Source of the DNA: Candidatus Doudnabacteria bacterium
Lineage (GTDB): Bacteria; Patescibacteriota; Doudnabacteria; UBA920; O2-02-FULL-48-8
Assembly: GCA_037200925.1 (NCBI GenBank)
Contig: JBBCGO010000001.1
Location: forward strand, 760,235-824,234
Length of the DNA stretch: 64,000 bases
Direction: 5' to 3'
Shown: positions 41,609 through 52,409 of the stretch, piece by piece
Position numbering within the stretch: the first letter of the stretch is position 1
Layout: the number at the start of each line of letters is the position of its first letter
Made by a program: the position numbers and the translations under genes
Notes under the pieces: model-generated
Told to the model about the DNA's origin: nothing
The model's database searches: none
What the model saw: the letters and a program-made list of their open reading frames with translations, nothing else

Positions 41609-43346
41609 ATGTTCGATTCACCGATTGACGAGATCAAATCCCGGCTGACCATTACTGAAGTTCTGGGAGATTATATCCAGATGAAGAAAGCCGGGACGAA
41701 TTTTAAAGCGGTTTGTCCGTTCCATTCGGAAAAAACGCCGTCTTTAATGGTGTCGCCGTCAAAACAGATCTGGCACTGCTTTGGCTGCGGCCTGGGCGGG
41801 GATATTTTTGAATTCATCAAACTGATAGAGAACGTAGAGTTTCCCGAAGCGCTTGCGGATCCTGGCGGACCGCGCCGGCGTAGAACTGAAAAAACCGACA
41901 GTTGAGCAGATCCAGATGGGGCGAGAAAAAAGATGTGCTGTTTGAGATCAACCTGCAAGCCGCCAAGTATTTTGCCAAAGTTCTGTGGGAATCCAATGCC
42001 GGTTCCGAAGCCCTATCTTACCTACGCAAGCGGGGACTGACCGATCAGACGATCAAAAATTGGCAGCTGGGTTTGCACCGGATGATTTTCATTACCTTGA
42101 GAATTTTTTGGCCAAAAGTTTTGACAAAAAAGATATTGAGCAGGCTGGTTTGATCGTCAAAAGCGACCGAGGTGATCACTTTGACCGTTTTCATGACCGG
42201 ATCATGTTCCCGATCACGAGTTTGCACGGCCAAGTTGTGGGCTTTACCGGCCGACTGCTTCACGATAAACCCAACACCGGCAAATACGTAAATAGCCCGG
42301 AGACCCCGATCTATAACAAGAGCCAGGTCATCTATGGTTTGTACCAGGGAAAAAATACGGTCCGCAAAGAAAATCGCGCAGTGGTTGTGGAAGGGAACAT
42401 GGATGTCATCGCCTGCCATCAGATCGGTTTTAGCCAAACTGTGGCTTCTTCCGGCACGGCCCTCACCGAGCAGCAGCTTTTGATTCTGCAAAGATTTACC
42501 AATAATCTTATTTTTGCTTTTGATTCAGACGCGGCCGGTTCCACGGCTACGAAACGGGCGTTGGAACTGGCGTTAAATCAGGGGTTCAATGTGAAGATCG
42601 CGGAGCTTGGAGGCGCCAAGGACCCGGATGAGCTGATCAGGCGGGGGATCGGGCTATGGGAGAAAGCGGTTGAGGGAGCGGAGAATTACGTTGACTTCTT
42701 TTTTGACCGGATCTTTGCGCAATATGATCCGACGAAAGTCGATGATAAGCGGCAAATCACCAAAGAACTGGGGCCTTTGATCTTTCGCGTGACAGACCCC
42801 GTATCGCGCGCGCATTATGTCAGAAAGCTGGCAAATGGCATCAATGTTGCAGAAAATAGCATCTGGGATATAATAAACAAGCTAAGTATGCCTAAACCGG
42901 TCCGTGCCGCCATCAAAAATGAGCCGCACAAGATGCGCCGGGAAGTGCTGATAGATCAGCTGTTAGGCCTAAGTATCAGTCAAAAGAACACTACAATGCT
43001 GCAGCAGTTCAAGCTGCAGGATTTTGGCCTACGGGCGGAAATATTCAGACTGCTCACCGAAAGCCAGCCTGATCTGGAAAAGTTAAGCCGAGCCAATCCC
43101 GAATTAGCCGCAACGCTGGAACTGCTCGTGTTTGCGGCAGAGATCGACCTGAAAGAGCAGCAACTGGACCCGAAAACCGAATTACCGAAGATCGCCGACC
43201 AGCTGCAGCAAATGGTCATTCGGCAGAGGATGCAAGAGCTGTCGGAGCAATTAAAGAACGCCGAGCAGAACAAGAATAAGATATTGATAGACGAGCTGTC
43301 AAAAGAATATATGATACTGAGCAACCGGATAAAAATTTCTAATTAA
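41609..43346 (+). CDS. dnaG: DNA primase, split by three apparent single-base indels (about 41853, 41920, 42073)
   Basis: CPFHSEKTPS...HCFGC Zn domain; RIMFPI, KYVNSPET, VEGNMDVI, FDSDAAG, KDPDE Toprim motifs across three ORFs. Confidence 0.9.
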
Positions 43347-43357
43347 TAATTTTAAGC

Positions 43358-44585
43358 ATGGCTAAAGCAAAGAAGAAGAAAGTAAAAAAGGCAAAGAAAG
43401 CCGTTAAGAAAGTTATAAAGAAAGTCAGCAAGGCTGTAAAGGTGCGGTCGCGTATGCCTATGAAGCGGGAGCCCGAAAAAAAGACCGGGAGTTCTTTTGA
43501 TTGGGATAAAGCGGTTGACGACCTGGTCAAACGGGGAGTGGCGCGCGGGTTTCTGACCGAAGCTGAGGTCACGCACGCTTTGCCTGAAATGGAAAACAAT
43601 CTGCCGGCTCTGGAAAAACTGCTGGATGTTCTGGATTCCAAGGGCTTGGAGATCATGGATCAGGAAGTGGCCTCGGTCTGGCAGCAGGCGGCTGAATCGG
43701 CGCGCGTCAAGACGAAAAAAGAAGAGCAGATGGCAGAGTCCTACAATCTCGGAGATATTTATGACGATTCAATTCAAATGTATTTGCGCGAGATCGGCAA
43801 AACCGCTTTGCTGAAAGGCGTGGAAGAAGTTGAACTGGCAAAAAGGATCGGCAAAGGCGATGTGGCGGCCAGAAAAAGACTGATCGAAGCCAACTTGCGT
43901 TTGGTGGTATCTATTGCGAAAAAATACATGGGCCGCAACTTGGGGGCTTCTGGACCTGATCCAGGAAGGCAATCTCGGACTGTTCCGCGCGGTGGAGAAA
44001 TTTGACTGGCGCAAAGGCTACAAATTCTCAACTTACGCCACCTGGTGGATCCGCCAAGCCATCACACGCGCTCTGGCTGACCAGTCGCGCACGATCCGCA
44101 TTCCCGTGCATATGGTGGAAACGCTGAACAAATACGCTCAGGCGGAGCGCCAGCTGGTCCAGGACCTGGGACGCGAGCCTTTGCCGGAAGAGATTGCCTC
44201 TGAGATGGGCATTGAAGTTGAAAAAGTTTATCAGCTCAAGAAAATTTCTCAGGAAACCGTGTCCATAGACACGCCGGTGGGGGACAGCGATGAAGAAGAT
44301 TCGTACCTGGGCGATTTCATCGAAGACCCGGATACGGTCACGCCTTCGGAAACCGCGGGCCGGCAGATCCTGCGCGAATATGTCCAGGGGATCCTCAAGG
44401 ACCTGGATCCGCGCGAGCAGAAGATCTTGAAAATGCGATTTGGCCTGGAAGACGGGGTCACGCACACTTTGGAAGAGGTCGGCAAGGAATTCGGCGTCAC
44501 GCGCGAGCGCATCCGGCAGATAGAAGCCAAAGCCCTGGAGCGCATCAAGGATCACTATAATATTTCCAAACTGCGGGATTACTAA
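43358..44585 (+). CDS. rpoD: Primary sigma factor RpoD, frameshift in the G run at about 43943-43947
   Basis: [25 protein letters not shown] / [48 protein letters not shown]. Confidence 0.93.
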
Positions 44586-44608
44586 CAAAATTTTGAAATA
44601 AAAAAAGA

Positions 44609-44640
44609 GGAGAGTACAAACATTGATGTTTGTACTCTCC
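44609..44640. terminator. Perfect 15-bp inverted repeat between convergent genes
   Basis: GGAGAGTACAAACAT-TG-ATGTTTGTACTCTCC preceded by an A-tract. Confidence 0.75.
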
Positions 44641-44674
44641 TTAAGTATTGTTCTAAAACCTCCTTAAGATTTTA

Positions 44675-47329
44675 TTACTTGCTTACTGACAAAGTCACGA
44701 ATCCGGAACTCAGATTCCCGGGATTATTAATGACCTTGAAGTAAACGGTGCCGACCAAATTCCATTGAACGTTGGACAAAGTGAGCTGCCCTTCGTTATT
44801 GAAAGTGGTTGCGGCCGGATAACAAGTAGTGGTTGCGGGTCCGCATGCGTACGCCTGTGACCCGTTGACGAAACCAGAACCGATGAGCGTCACCGTGAAT
44901 GGCTTGGCAGCGTGCGGTGCGATGTTTGTCGTCAAGCGGCTGAGCACCAGCGGTTTTGGAATAGGCGCAAGATAGACGAAATACGAGATCGTCGTTCCTC
45001 CCGCCAGATTCTGGGTCGCTGACGGCGAGATCGAGCTGATGATGAATCCGGAGGGAGCCATGCATACAAGCGCATAGTTGCCAGCGGGCTTTCCGGTCAG
45101 GTTCATCGGCGCAACCGTTGCAACTCCATTGAGCGTGCATCCGATGTTGCCATTGCCGCCGATCACATAAAGGTTGATCCCTCCTGTTGGCGGCAATTTC
45201 GTGAGCGTAACTGTGAAGCTCACCGTTCCTCCGCCCAGAAGGTTCTGGAAAGAGGTAGGTGAAATTGAGGTTACGGTGTAACCAATCGGAGCGACGCATG
45301 ACGACAAGGTATAGTTGCCAATAGTCTGATTACTCAAACTGGTAGGAACGCTACTAATTGTCTGGGTGCCCGAGGGTTTCGTGAGAATGCAGGACAGGCC
45401 GCCGTTGAGAACCGCTCCATCCTTGATGCCAAAGATGTTGACGGTGCCGGTGGGCGGAGCCGTAACCGTTATCGCGATTTTGGTTTTGGCGATCAGATTG
45501 CCCATCGTTGCCCAGAATTCGAAGCTGTATGTTCCCGGGATGGTGGTGGGACCCGGGGTGAGAGTGGCCTGGACAGAGATGCTTCCGTTTGCGGCGATCG
45601 CAATCTGACCTGACGTGTAGCTGTTGTAGCTGAAGCCGGCAGGACAAGCCAGCGAGCAGTAGAAATTCACAGTCACGTTTCCGGCTGTGTTGTTCTTCGG
45701 TTGCAGAGTTGCGCTGGCAGACACCAACTGTCCGGCAACCACAGATTTGGTCTGTGTATCCGGCGTGAAGGTGAGGGTTGGCGGTGGCAGGGCGACAGTG
45801 AAACTGTCCGAAGGATTCGACCAAGCTCCGGCATCGGTGTTGCGGAACTTAAAGAAGTAGCTGCCCGCGCCCAGTTGGAGGTTGTGCATCGTCAGACTAA
45901 TGCTTGTGACATTAGTTACCCCAACATCAGGATGTCTGCAACCGGCAGGACATCCGTTGGAACCAAATACCCAGACCTGGGTTTGTCCGAGAACAAAGTT
46001 GGTTCCGGTTCCCAAGGCGTCAAAATTCGTATTTGCAATTGGTGCGAATACCGCAATTTTGCCAATGGTGGGTTGAAGCGGCGCAGGCTTGTTGATCTGC
46101 ACTTGGCAGGTGGCTGTGACTGTCTGTTTGGGATTGCCGCTGTCGGTGACCGTGAAGGTGGCCGTGACAGTGCCAGCCTGAGCCGAAGTCGGTGCGGTAT
46201 ACGCGACAGAAGGAAAGCCGCCAGAAACAGCGCCTCCCCAACTGTGAGTAACCGTGCCTGTACCAAAGGAGTAGCTGCTGCTAAAGAGAGTGGCTTGTCC
46301 CGGATAGAGAAAGGCAGGGCTGGCGGAGCAGGAGGCCGTGAGGGGCGGGATCGGCGGGCCGATAGGCACGACGGGGAGCGAGGCTTCCATCTGCCGGTAG
46401 ATCTGTTTTTGAGTGGCAGAGCCATCGGCCATGTACCTAGACAAGTCATGGCCAGCTATTCCGTAGCCGATTTTGATCGCATCCCCAATCGCACCAAAAA
46501 GGCTTAGGAAAGCATCATCAACGGATTTGGCAAAGCAGGAAAGCCCGATATCATTTACATTCCAAGGCAAAGCTTTCTTAAAGCCGGCCATGCTCGGAGT
46601 CAGATAAATGAAATCACTACATTCTGTGGTATACATCTGCCTACCGTCAGCCACGTAGTTGGCGGGGGTGGCAATTGCAATCACAGAAAGTTGATTGGAA
46701 TCGGGCAATTTCTTCCCCTTACCATCAGCGTCTCGCAGACGGATACCATATTCCAAGTTGGCGTAAAAATTGCCTTGGCTATGGCCGACTAGCACCACGC
46801 GATAACCTTTGGCCCATAAGTCAAGTACAGCCTGATCCAAGGTTGCCAGGTCAGGATCGTCTTTGAACTGATCCTCTTGGAACTCCAAGGCACCGGCCAT
46901 AAAAGCTATGTGCGCCTTAGGATTGGTGTTCAGCAGGCTTGAGTCATTGAGATACTTGTCCACCTCCGAGAGAGCCATCTGGTCAATTGCCTGTGCGCTG
47001 TCGCCCTTTAGCAAAAAGGTCTTGAGCTTGCCAGCGCTATGGTTGTAGAGAGGATAGAAGATAGTGGTGGTGGTGTCGAGCATGGGATGAGCAGCGAAGA
47101 ATTTTTTTCTCATATCTTCGACTGTGTTTGCCCACACCACGTTGCCAGGTGTCAGAACGCCGTTGATTTTCTGATCGGTGACCAAAACCCCATTCACCCA
47201 GATGAACACAGCGCAGGTCCCGACCTTGAGACATGGTTGAACTGTCGTTGCCTGCGCCATTGCCTGGGCACTGGACAAAACCAGCAGACAGAACAGAATC
47301 ACGGTACGAACGAAACTATTTCTCATCAT
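44675..47329 (-). CDS. Secreted alpha/beta-hydrolase (lipase-like) with C-terminal PKD/Ig-like domains
   Basis: Signal peptide (AMA|QA), VNGV, VVLVGHSQGNFYAN nucleophile elbow, IAIATP; Thr/Ser-rich beta-sandwich repeats. Confidence 0.75.
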   Translation of the reverse strand: MMRNSFVRTVILFCLLVLSSAQAMAQATTVQPCLKVGTCAVFIWVNGVLVTDQKINGVLTPGNVVWANTVEDMRKKFFAAHPMLDTTTTIFYPLYNHSAGKLKTFLLKGDSAQAIDQMALSEVDKYLNDSSLLNTNPKAHIAFMAGALEFQEDQFKDDPDLATLDQAVLDLWAKGYRVVLVGHSQGNFYANLEYGIRLRDADGKGKKLPDSNQLSVIAIATPANYVADGRQMYTTECSDFIYLTPSMAGFKKALPWNVNDIGLSCFAKSVDDAFLSLFGAIGDAIKIGYGIAGHDLSRYMADGSATQKQIYRQMEASLPVVPIGPPIPPLTASCSASPAFLYPGQATLFSSSYSFGTGTVTHSWGGAVSGGFPSVAYTAPTSAQAGTVTATFTVTDSGNPKQTVTATCQVQINKPAPLQPTIGKIAVFAPIANTNFDALGTGTNFVLGQTQVWVFGSNGCPAGCRHPDVGVTNVTSISLTMHNLQLGAGSYFFKFRNTDAGAWSNPSDSFTVALPPPTLTFTPDTQTKSVVAGQLVSASATLQPKNNTAGNVTVNFYCSLACPAGFSYNSYTSGQIAIAANGSISVQATLTPGPTTIPGTYSFEFWATMGNLIAKTKIAITVTAPPTGTVNIFGIKDGAVLNGGLSCILTKPSGTQTISSVPTSLSNQTIGNYTLSSCVAPIGYTVTSISPTSFQNLLGGGTVSFTVTLTKLPPTGGINLYVIGGNGNIGCTLNGVATVAPMNLTGKPAGNYALVCMAPSGFIISSISPSATQNLAGGTTISYFVYLAPIPKPLVLSRLTTNIAPHAAKPFTVTLIGSGFVNGSQAYACGPATTTCYPAATTFNNEGQLTLSNVQWNLVGTVYFKVINNPGNLSSGFVTLSVSK

Positions 47330-47470
47330 TCCTCCTATGGGATCGGCAAAACAAAAAACACCGCCAGTCTTAGGATTAAGAATTGTTTGTGTTTATATTT
47401 TAGAGTTTTTTTTCCCCTCCTAGCTACCAGTAATTACTGATAACCAGTAAGGGAAAGAAAAAGCATTTAT

Positions 47471-48055
47471 TTAGTATTGGCCTTGGACTAGAGGTTGGGT
47501 GCAGGCCTGGATCGTTCCATAAACTGGATTTCCGTAAGGAAGAGCTGTATTACTATTTTCTCTAGCTTTTTGGAGACGTTCTGGTGTGTTTCGCACAAGA
47601 CTAATCAAATAATTAGATTTTGAGTGATCTGTCGGACTATTACCAAAAGCTAGGTAATTATAACAATCCAAGAAAGAAAGAGAAGATACTTCCAGTTCCT
47701 TAAAGTGTTCGTGATCGCCAGTGGTGGTAATTATGTCTTGTTCTTTCTTCACCATAGCCCTTAGCACCCTTCTGATTTGGTCATTTTGAGGATACATATA
47801 GACTATTTCTCTTTGTAGATCGTCCCGAACTCCATCATGATCCGAGTCTATGCCAGCCAAAGTTGCTTTCCCAGCTTCTCCTGGATCTGGCGGAAGGACT
47901 ACCGGGACATCAGTAGCCGGGGGAGGAAGACCTCTAGTAGATAGCGGTTGCGGCAGGACCGGGTGATTAGCGCGGTATTGTCTTAAGCCAATTACTGCCA
48001 CTGTCACAGCAATTATTAGTATACCTGCTATCCAATATACTTTGTTCATATTCAT
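47471..48055 (-). CDS. Membrane-anchored protein with an Asp-rich Ca-binding-like motif
   Basis: N-terminal TM; LPPDPGEAGKATLAGIDSDHDGVRDD. Confidence 0.65.
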   Translation of the reverse strand: MNMNKVYWIAGILIIAVTVAVIGLRQYRANHPVLPQPLSTRGLPPPATDVPVVLPPDPGEAGKATLAGIDSDHDGVRDDLQREIVYMYPQNDQIRRVLRAMVKKEQDIITTTGDHEHFKELEVSSLSFLDCYNYLAFGNSPTDHSKSNYLISLVRNTPERLQKARENSNTALPYGNPVYGTIQACTQPLVQGQY

Positions 48056-48464
48056 TATTTTAGGTCTTTCTTAGCTAAATTAGCTATTATTGATAATTAT
48101 ATCATCTTTTTTGCCTCCTATATATTGTCAAAGAACGGTATCATGGCTTTCTTGCTTTGAAGCCAAGCTACTTTAACTTGGAAGCATAAGTGATTTTACA
48201 ATTGTTGTCAATCATTAACAGCAATTTAAAACTGATTTCTTTTGAACCAAAAAAAGTTGGCGGAAGCCAACTTGTTTTAGCCAATGTTTAATTGCCTTTA
48301 TATTAAATTGTTGGTATATTATAACAGTAGAATCAGCGAATTTCTTTTTGACTAGGCCTACTGTCAGCATTCATAAACAAATATGGACTTATGGCCTAAA
48401 TAGTTGAAAAAAGCCGGACGATCGTCCGGCTTTTTTTAGTTTTAGAACAATAGTTACTATTACT

Positions 48465-49016
48465 TCATTCATCAAAAATTACTCCTTGTTTAATTAAGAA
48501 GCCTTTCTCGTCTGGAGTAATATTGAGCATCGCAGCGCTTTCGTGGGTTATCACACTTCCAATCATTTGTCGGTTATTGTAGAAAGTAGGATCTTCAAGA
48601 CCATAAAATTGTTTATCGCTATGCGGCCACCAAACTAAAAGAGTCTCATTTAGCTTTTGCTTCATTTTGTCTGACAAGTTAAAAAAGTAATGAACAAATA
48701 ATTTATTTTTATTCCAAACACCTTGTTCAATATCATTGTATTTCGTATTATCCCTTACTTCTTTTACGAAATCTTCTTTCAATTCACTAAATTGCTTCAA
48801 AAATCTCTGTTCCTTCTCAACGAAACCTGGTTCTACTGACGATTTACCCATTTCAAAATTAATAAAATTTAAGAAATTCAATTTTTTTGAAAAATATCGG
48901 GTAAATCTAACGGTATTGGAATTTGTGAAAAAGAAATTCCTGATTGCCGGTTCGGTCGCATCACTTCTGCTAAACCAAACCATATATTCTTTTGTCTTGT
49001 ATTCGTTTTCGTTCAT
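48465..49016 (-). CDS. Hypothetical protein
   Basis: AT-rich ORF overlapping the stop of 49013..49576; EDPTFY...SVITHE motif. Confidence 0.55.
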   Translation of the reverse strand: MNENEYKTKEYMVWFSRSDATEPAIRNFFFTNSNTVRFTRYFSKKLNFLNFINFEMGKSSVEPGFVEKEQRFLKQFSELKEDFVKEVRDNTKYNDIEQGVWNKNKLFVHYFFNLSDKMKQKLNETLLVWWPHSDKQFYGLEDPTFYNNRQMIGSVITHESAAMLNITPDEKGFLIKQGVIFDE

Positions 49017-49576
49017 ACAGTTGCTTTTTTCTTCCACCTCCTGTGAGTGAAATATGAACCAATAAGAGCAATCACCCCACCTAAAACAAAGTAAGATGGG
49101 CTCATTATCAAAATTACCAATAGGGGCAGTAATAAAACTAATAACTGTGCTTGTGCAGTTTTCAAAGAATATAGGTATGTTTGTTCAATTTGACCCTTAA
49201 GCATATTTGGATTTTTCTTTAATGCTTTGAAGATCACTATATTTCGTAGATGATTAGCATTGATATATACCATCGTAGTAAACAATAAACCTGGGATTAT
49301 GGCAAAACTTTGAGAGTTATAAATAATATTCTTTTGAGATAAATAATAAAATAAATAGATAAGCAAAGAGACTAAGACTACATACAATAAATGACGGAAG
49401 TTATATTTAAATTCCGCAACGTTTTTCTGAAACATTGGATTCATTTCGTAATTATCAGCTTTAATATGTTCAGAATAACCTTGTGTATATAATCTTGCCC
49501 CTTTAATGGTCAAATAAAAATCTAAGAACATTAGAGCGGCTGTTACGATGATTATAAAGAATACATTGTGGATCAT
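49013..49576 (-). CDS. Hypothetical multi-pass membrane protein
   Basis: LDFYLT...EMNP motif and several TM helices. Confidence 0.6.
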   Translation of the reverse strand: MIHNVFFIIIVTAALMFLDFYLTIKGARLYTQGYSEHIKADNYEMNPMFQKNVAEFKYNFRHLLYVVLVSLLIYLFYYLSQKNIIYNSQSFAIIPGLLFTTMVYINANHLRNIVIFKALKKNPNMLKGQIEQTYLYSLKTAQAQLLVLLLPLLVILIMSPSYFVLGGVIALIGSYFTHRRWKKKATV

Positions 49577-49686
49577 AATGGTTTTAACATAAAATATTCT
49601 AGAGTTAGTATACTTATATATTTATTTAAGATTACTAAAAGAAACTACTAGTGGCATCGTTCCTAGCAATTCCGCGGGTTTTTATA

Positions 49687-49914
49687 TTATTTTTCAGTTT
49701 TAAAAATGTCAGATACAAAGTAACAATGATAGCCCATTTTTTCAATAGCGACCAGGAGTTGTTCTTTAGTAGTACCAAACTGGGGATCATACGCAATTTC
49801 AATAAAGCCAGTATGAATTCCGACCCAAAGAACACCCGGTAAATCTATACCATTGTCAAAATCCTCATTGCTATCACTGCGAAGATTGTCTACTGTAAAA
49901 GTTAATATATTCAT
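49687..49914 (-). CDS. Small HMA-like-fold protein lacking CxxC
   Basis: TFTVDNL...LPGV...IAYDP...LLVAIEKMGY resembles the HMA fold pattern. Confidence 0.45.
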   Translation of the reverse strand: MNILTFTVDNLRSDSNEDFDNGIDLPGVLWVGIHTGFIEIAYDPQFGTTKEQLLVAIEKMGYHCYFVSDIFKTEK

Positions 49915-49983
49915 ATATTGATAAAATTTAATAAGTAGACCAGTGGTATAGAGATTTTTCTATACCACTGGAGATGACCGGGC

Positions 49984-50700
49984 TTACAAAGCGAGGAGCA
50001 AACCCCAGATTGCACCGGCGATTGTGCCTGCTGCTCCCGATAACAACCATGAATAAAGGTTGATTCCGACAGCAGAGAGCGACTGTTGCATAGCGTTCTG
50101 GATAACGATCTGCAGATCGTGGAAGTTCGGACAGGGTGGAGTGGCCAAGCAGAGCCACTTATTCCGAGAATCGTAGATCACAAATCGTTTGCAAACAACG
50201 CCACTGCCATTTCGTGTTGTAGCCGTCCCAATGTGCAGATGCGACCACGCTTTTGAATCCGGTGTGTTTACATTTGCCTTGATGGTGATATGGAAATGAT
50301 CCACTGGATTTGTCACACATGGGGCAAGCGGATGAGGCGGTTCACTGTCGTGAGAGCCGACGTAGATGTATGCGACACCAAGATTTACACCCACATCACT
50401 TGGGTTCAAACGGCCGTTAGTTCGTGACTGCAAACTGCCGTCAGTGAGGTTCAAGCCAATTTCGCCACCAGCGGCGACAATCGCTTCCAATCCTGCGGGG
50501 TCGATTTGCTGCCCGGCAGGATTCGAGATCGTCGTCGTACCATCCGGAGCTACAGTGACTTGGTATGCTCCTGATTGAGAGCTGGCGCCAGGAGGGGAGT
50601 CAGCCATGATTTGGCTTGGTTGAGTCGACAGCTTGTTGCATCCAACCATACCCAGCATAGAGAGAGCGACGAGTACGACGAGTGCTCTTCGTTGTCTCAT
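49984..50700 (-). CDS. Putative lipoprotein with a hydrophobic C-terminus
   Basis: MRQRR, hydrophobic stretch and GMVGC lipobox-like site; C-terminal hydrophobic helix. Confidence 0.6.
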   Translation of the reverse strand: MRQRRALVVLVALSMLGMVGCNKLSTQPSQIMADSPPGASSQSGAYQVTVAPDGTTTISNPAGQQIDPAGLEAIVAAGGEIGLNLTDGSLQSRTNGRLNPSDVGVNLGVAYIYVGSHDSEPPHPLAPCVTNPVDHFHITIKANVNTPDSKAWSHLHIGTATTRNGSGVVCKRFVIYDSRNKWLCLATPPCPNFHDLQIVIQNAMQQSLSAVGINLYSWLLSGAAGTIAGAIWGLLLAL

Positions 50701-51037
50701 TCTATCATCCTACCTTTTGAAGCCGTTGTCAATTAGGACTAAAAACAGTCCTGTGAAGCGTCTCTTGAGATCCTCCTTGAATCTGAAAAAAGACAAATCG
50801 ACCGCGATGTTTGGATAGGTCTTTTTGTCTTTGATTTAAGTCTACGCTATTAAAGTTTGTTGTCAATCATTAACAGCAATTTAAAACTGATTTCTTTTGA
50901 GCCAAAAAAAGTTGGCAGAAGCCAACCGGTTTTGACCAATGTTTAATTGCCTTTATATTAAATTGTTGGTATATTATAACAGTAGAAGTTGCGGGTTTTC
51001 TTTTTTACCCCTCTACTGTCAATATTCATAAACAAAT

Positions 51038-51823
51038 ATGGATTTATTGCTTAAACAACTCATAGATTTCGGCCTTTCCGACAAAGAGGCGAAGATATAC
51101 CTCGCTTTGCTTAAACTGGAAGCGGCAACAGTGTTTGAGGTAGCGAAGCAATCGGGGATCAATCGAAGTTCGGCTTATGTTGTCTTGGAAGCCTTGAAGA
51201 AAAAAGGCCTGGTCGGGGTTTCAGACGATAAAAAGGTCCGCAGGTACGTCGCAGCTTCTCCGGAAACCTTGCTTTACGCGGCAAAAAGCACCGCCAAAAA
51301 ACAGGAAAATATAAAATCCGGAATAGAATCAATTCTTCCTGAACTGAAAGCCTTACACAAAGATACAAAACGAAAACCAAAAGTGAAAGTGTTCGAAGGT
51401 GAAAATGGCGCAAGAGAAGTATATTTGGATCCTTTTCGAACAAAGACTAAAGAATTTAGAACTTTTGCAAATCCAATAAATATATTCAAGCGCGTTCCTG
51501 ATCTGATGCAAGAGTATGATAAAGAAACAGAGGGAAGTGGTGGAATCAAAATGTATTTCATAAATCCTGCAACCAAAGAACTGTTGGAGTTATATAAACA
51601 TATATCACCTCCTAAACATGCTGAAATTTCTTTAATTCCGGAAGACAAATTCAAATTCTCGTCTGATATGGGGATATATGGCGACAAAGTCTCTCTTGTT
51701 TCTCCAAAAGATAATTTTGGGATTATCATTGAGAGTAAAGAGATTGCCGATATGCTTAAAAATAGTTTTGATCTGGCGTGGGAAGAAGCGAAAAGATTAA
51801 ATAAAAAAATAAAGAAGTCTTAG
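51038..51823 (+). CDS. TrmB-family transcriptional regulator
   Basis: FGLSDKEAKIYLALL...SGINRSSAYVVLEALKKKGLV wHTH; KVFEGENG; IYGDKV...IIIES. Confidence 0.88.
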   Translation: MDLLLKQLIDFGLSDKEAKIYLALLKLEAATVFEVAKQSGINRSSAYVVLEALKKKGLVGVSDDKKVRRYVAASPETLLYAAKSTAKKQENIKSGIESILPELKALHKDTKRKPKVKVFEGENGAREVYLDPFRTKTKEFRTFANPINIFKRVPDLMQEYDKETEGSGGIKMYFINPATKELLELYKHISPPKHAEISLIPEDKFKFSSDMGIYGDKVSLVSPKDNFGIIIESKEIADMLKNSFDLAWEEAKRLNKKIKKS

Positions 51824-51827
51824 CAAT

Positions 51828-51858
51828 AAAAAAACCGGACGATCGTCCGGTTTTTTTA
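51828..51858. terminator. Bidirectional terminator, with a near-identical copy at 48407-48437
   Basis: A7-CCGGACGATCGTCCGG-T7. Confidence 0.8.
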
Positions 51859-51869
51859 GTTCATTCTTT

Positions 51870-52289
51870 TTATACTTTTTTTGCCGCTTTTTTCGCCAGT
51901 GTTTCCTTCAGTCTGGTCACAATTTCTTCAGTGGTATAGTAAGCTTTGACCATATAGTCATCTATATTCAATTCTTTGGCTTTTTGGATCTCTTCTTTGC
52001 CGAAGAGGTTGCTCAGAACGATGACTGAAGTTCCGGCAACAACCGGGTCGGGATCTTTCCGGATAACTTCCAGGATCTGGAACCCGTCCATCTCCGGCAG
52101 CATCAGGTCCAAAAGCACGATATCGGGTTTTTCCTTTTTCCAGTTTGCTATCGCAGATTTGCCGTCAGCGGCTTCGACAACGGCGAAACCCGAGGTGGAC
52201 AGCTTATGAACCATGATCTCGCGCATGGTCACGTCATCTTCGACAACCAGGACTTTAGTTTGTTTTTCGGCCATTTTGGCTATTCCCAA
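51870..52289 (-). CDS. Single-domain response regulator receiver
   Basis: VLVVEDD, PDIVLLDLMLPEMDG, VIVLSN, DYMVK. Confidence 0.92.
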   Translation of the reverse strand: MGIAKMAEKQTKVLVVEDDVTMREIMVHKLSTSGFAVVEAADGKSAIANWKKEKPDIVLLDLMLPEMDGFQILEVIRKDPDPVVAGTSVIVLSNLFGKEEIQKAKELNIDDYMVKAYYTTEEIVTRLKETLAKKAAKKV

Positions 52290-52409
52290 GCTTTCTTGGA
52301 GGATAATTAATGATACCGATAATATAGCAAATATTGATTTTTATTGCAATATTGGTTAGAATAAAAAAGTGAAAGTTACAAAAAGACACCAAATACTCAA
52401 ACAAAAAAA

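Larger units (their letters stand above)
48202..51058. repeat. Duplicated bidirectional promoter/leader (48202-48400 and 50857-51058)
   Basis: About 130 bp near-identical plus similar leader hairpin ACAGTAG...CTACTGT and ATTCATAAACAAATATGGA. Confidence 0.9.

Noticed and set aside
43940-43950. Phase variation or programmed frameshift in rpoD, and likewise dnaG
   Set aside because: Runs are short, the genes are essential, and indels are scattered through the window; sequencing error is more parsimonious.
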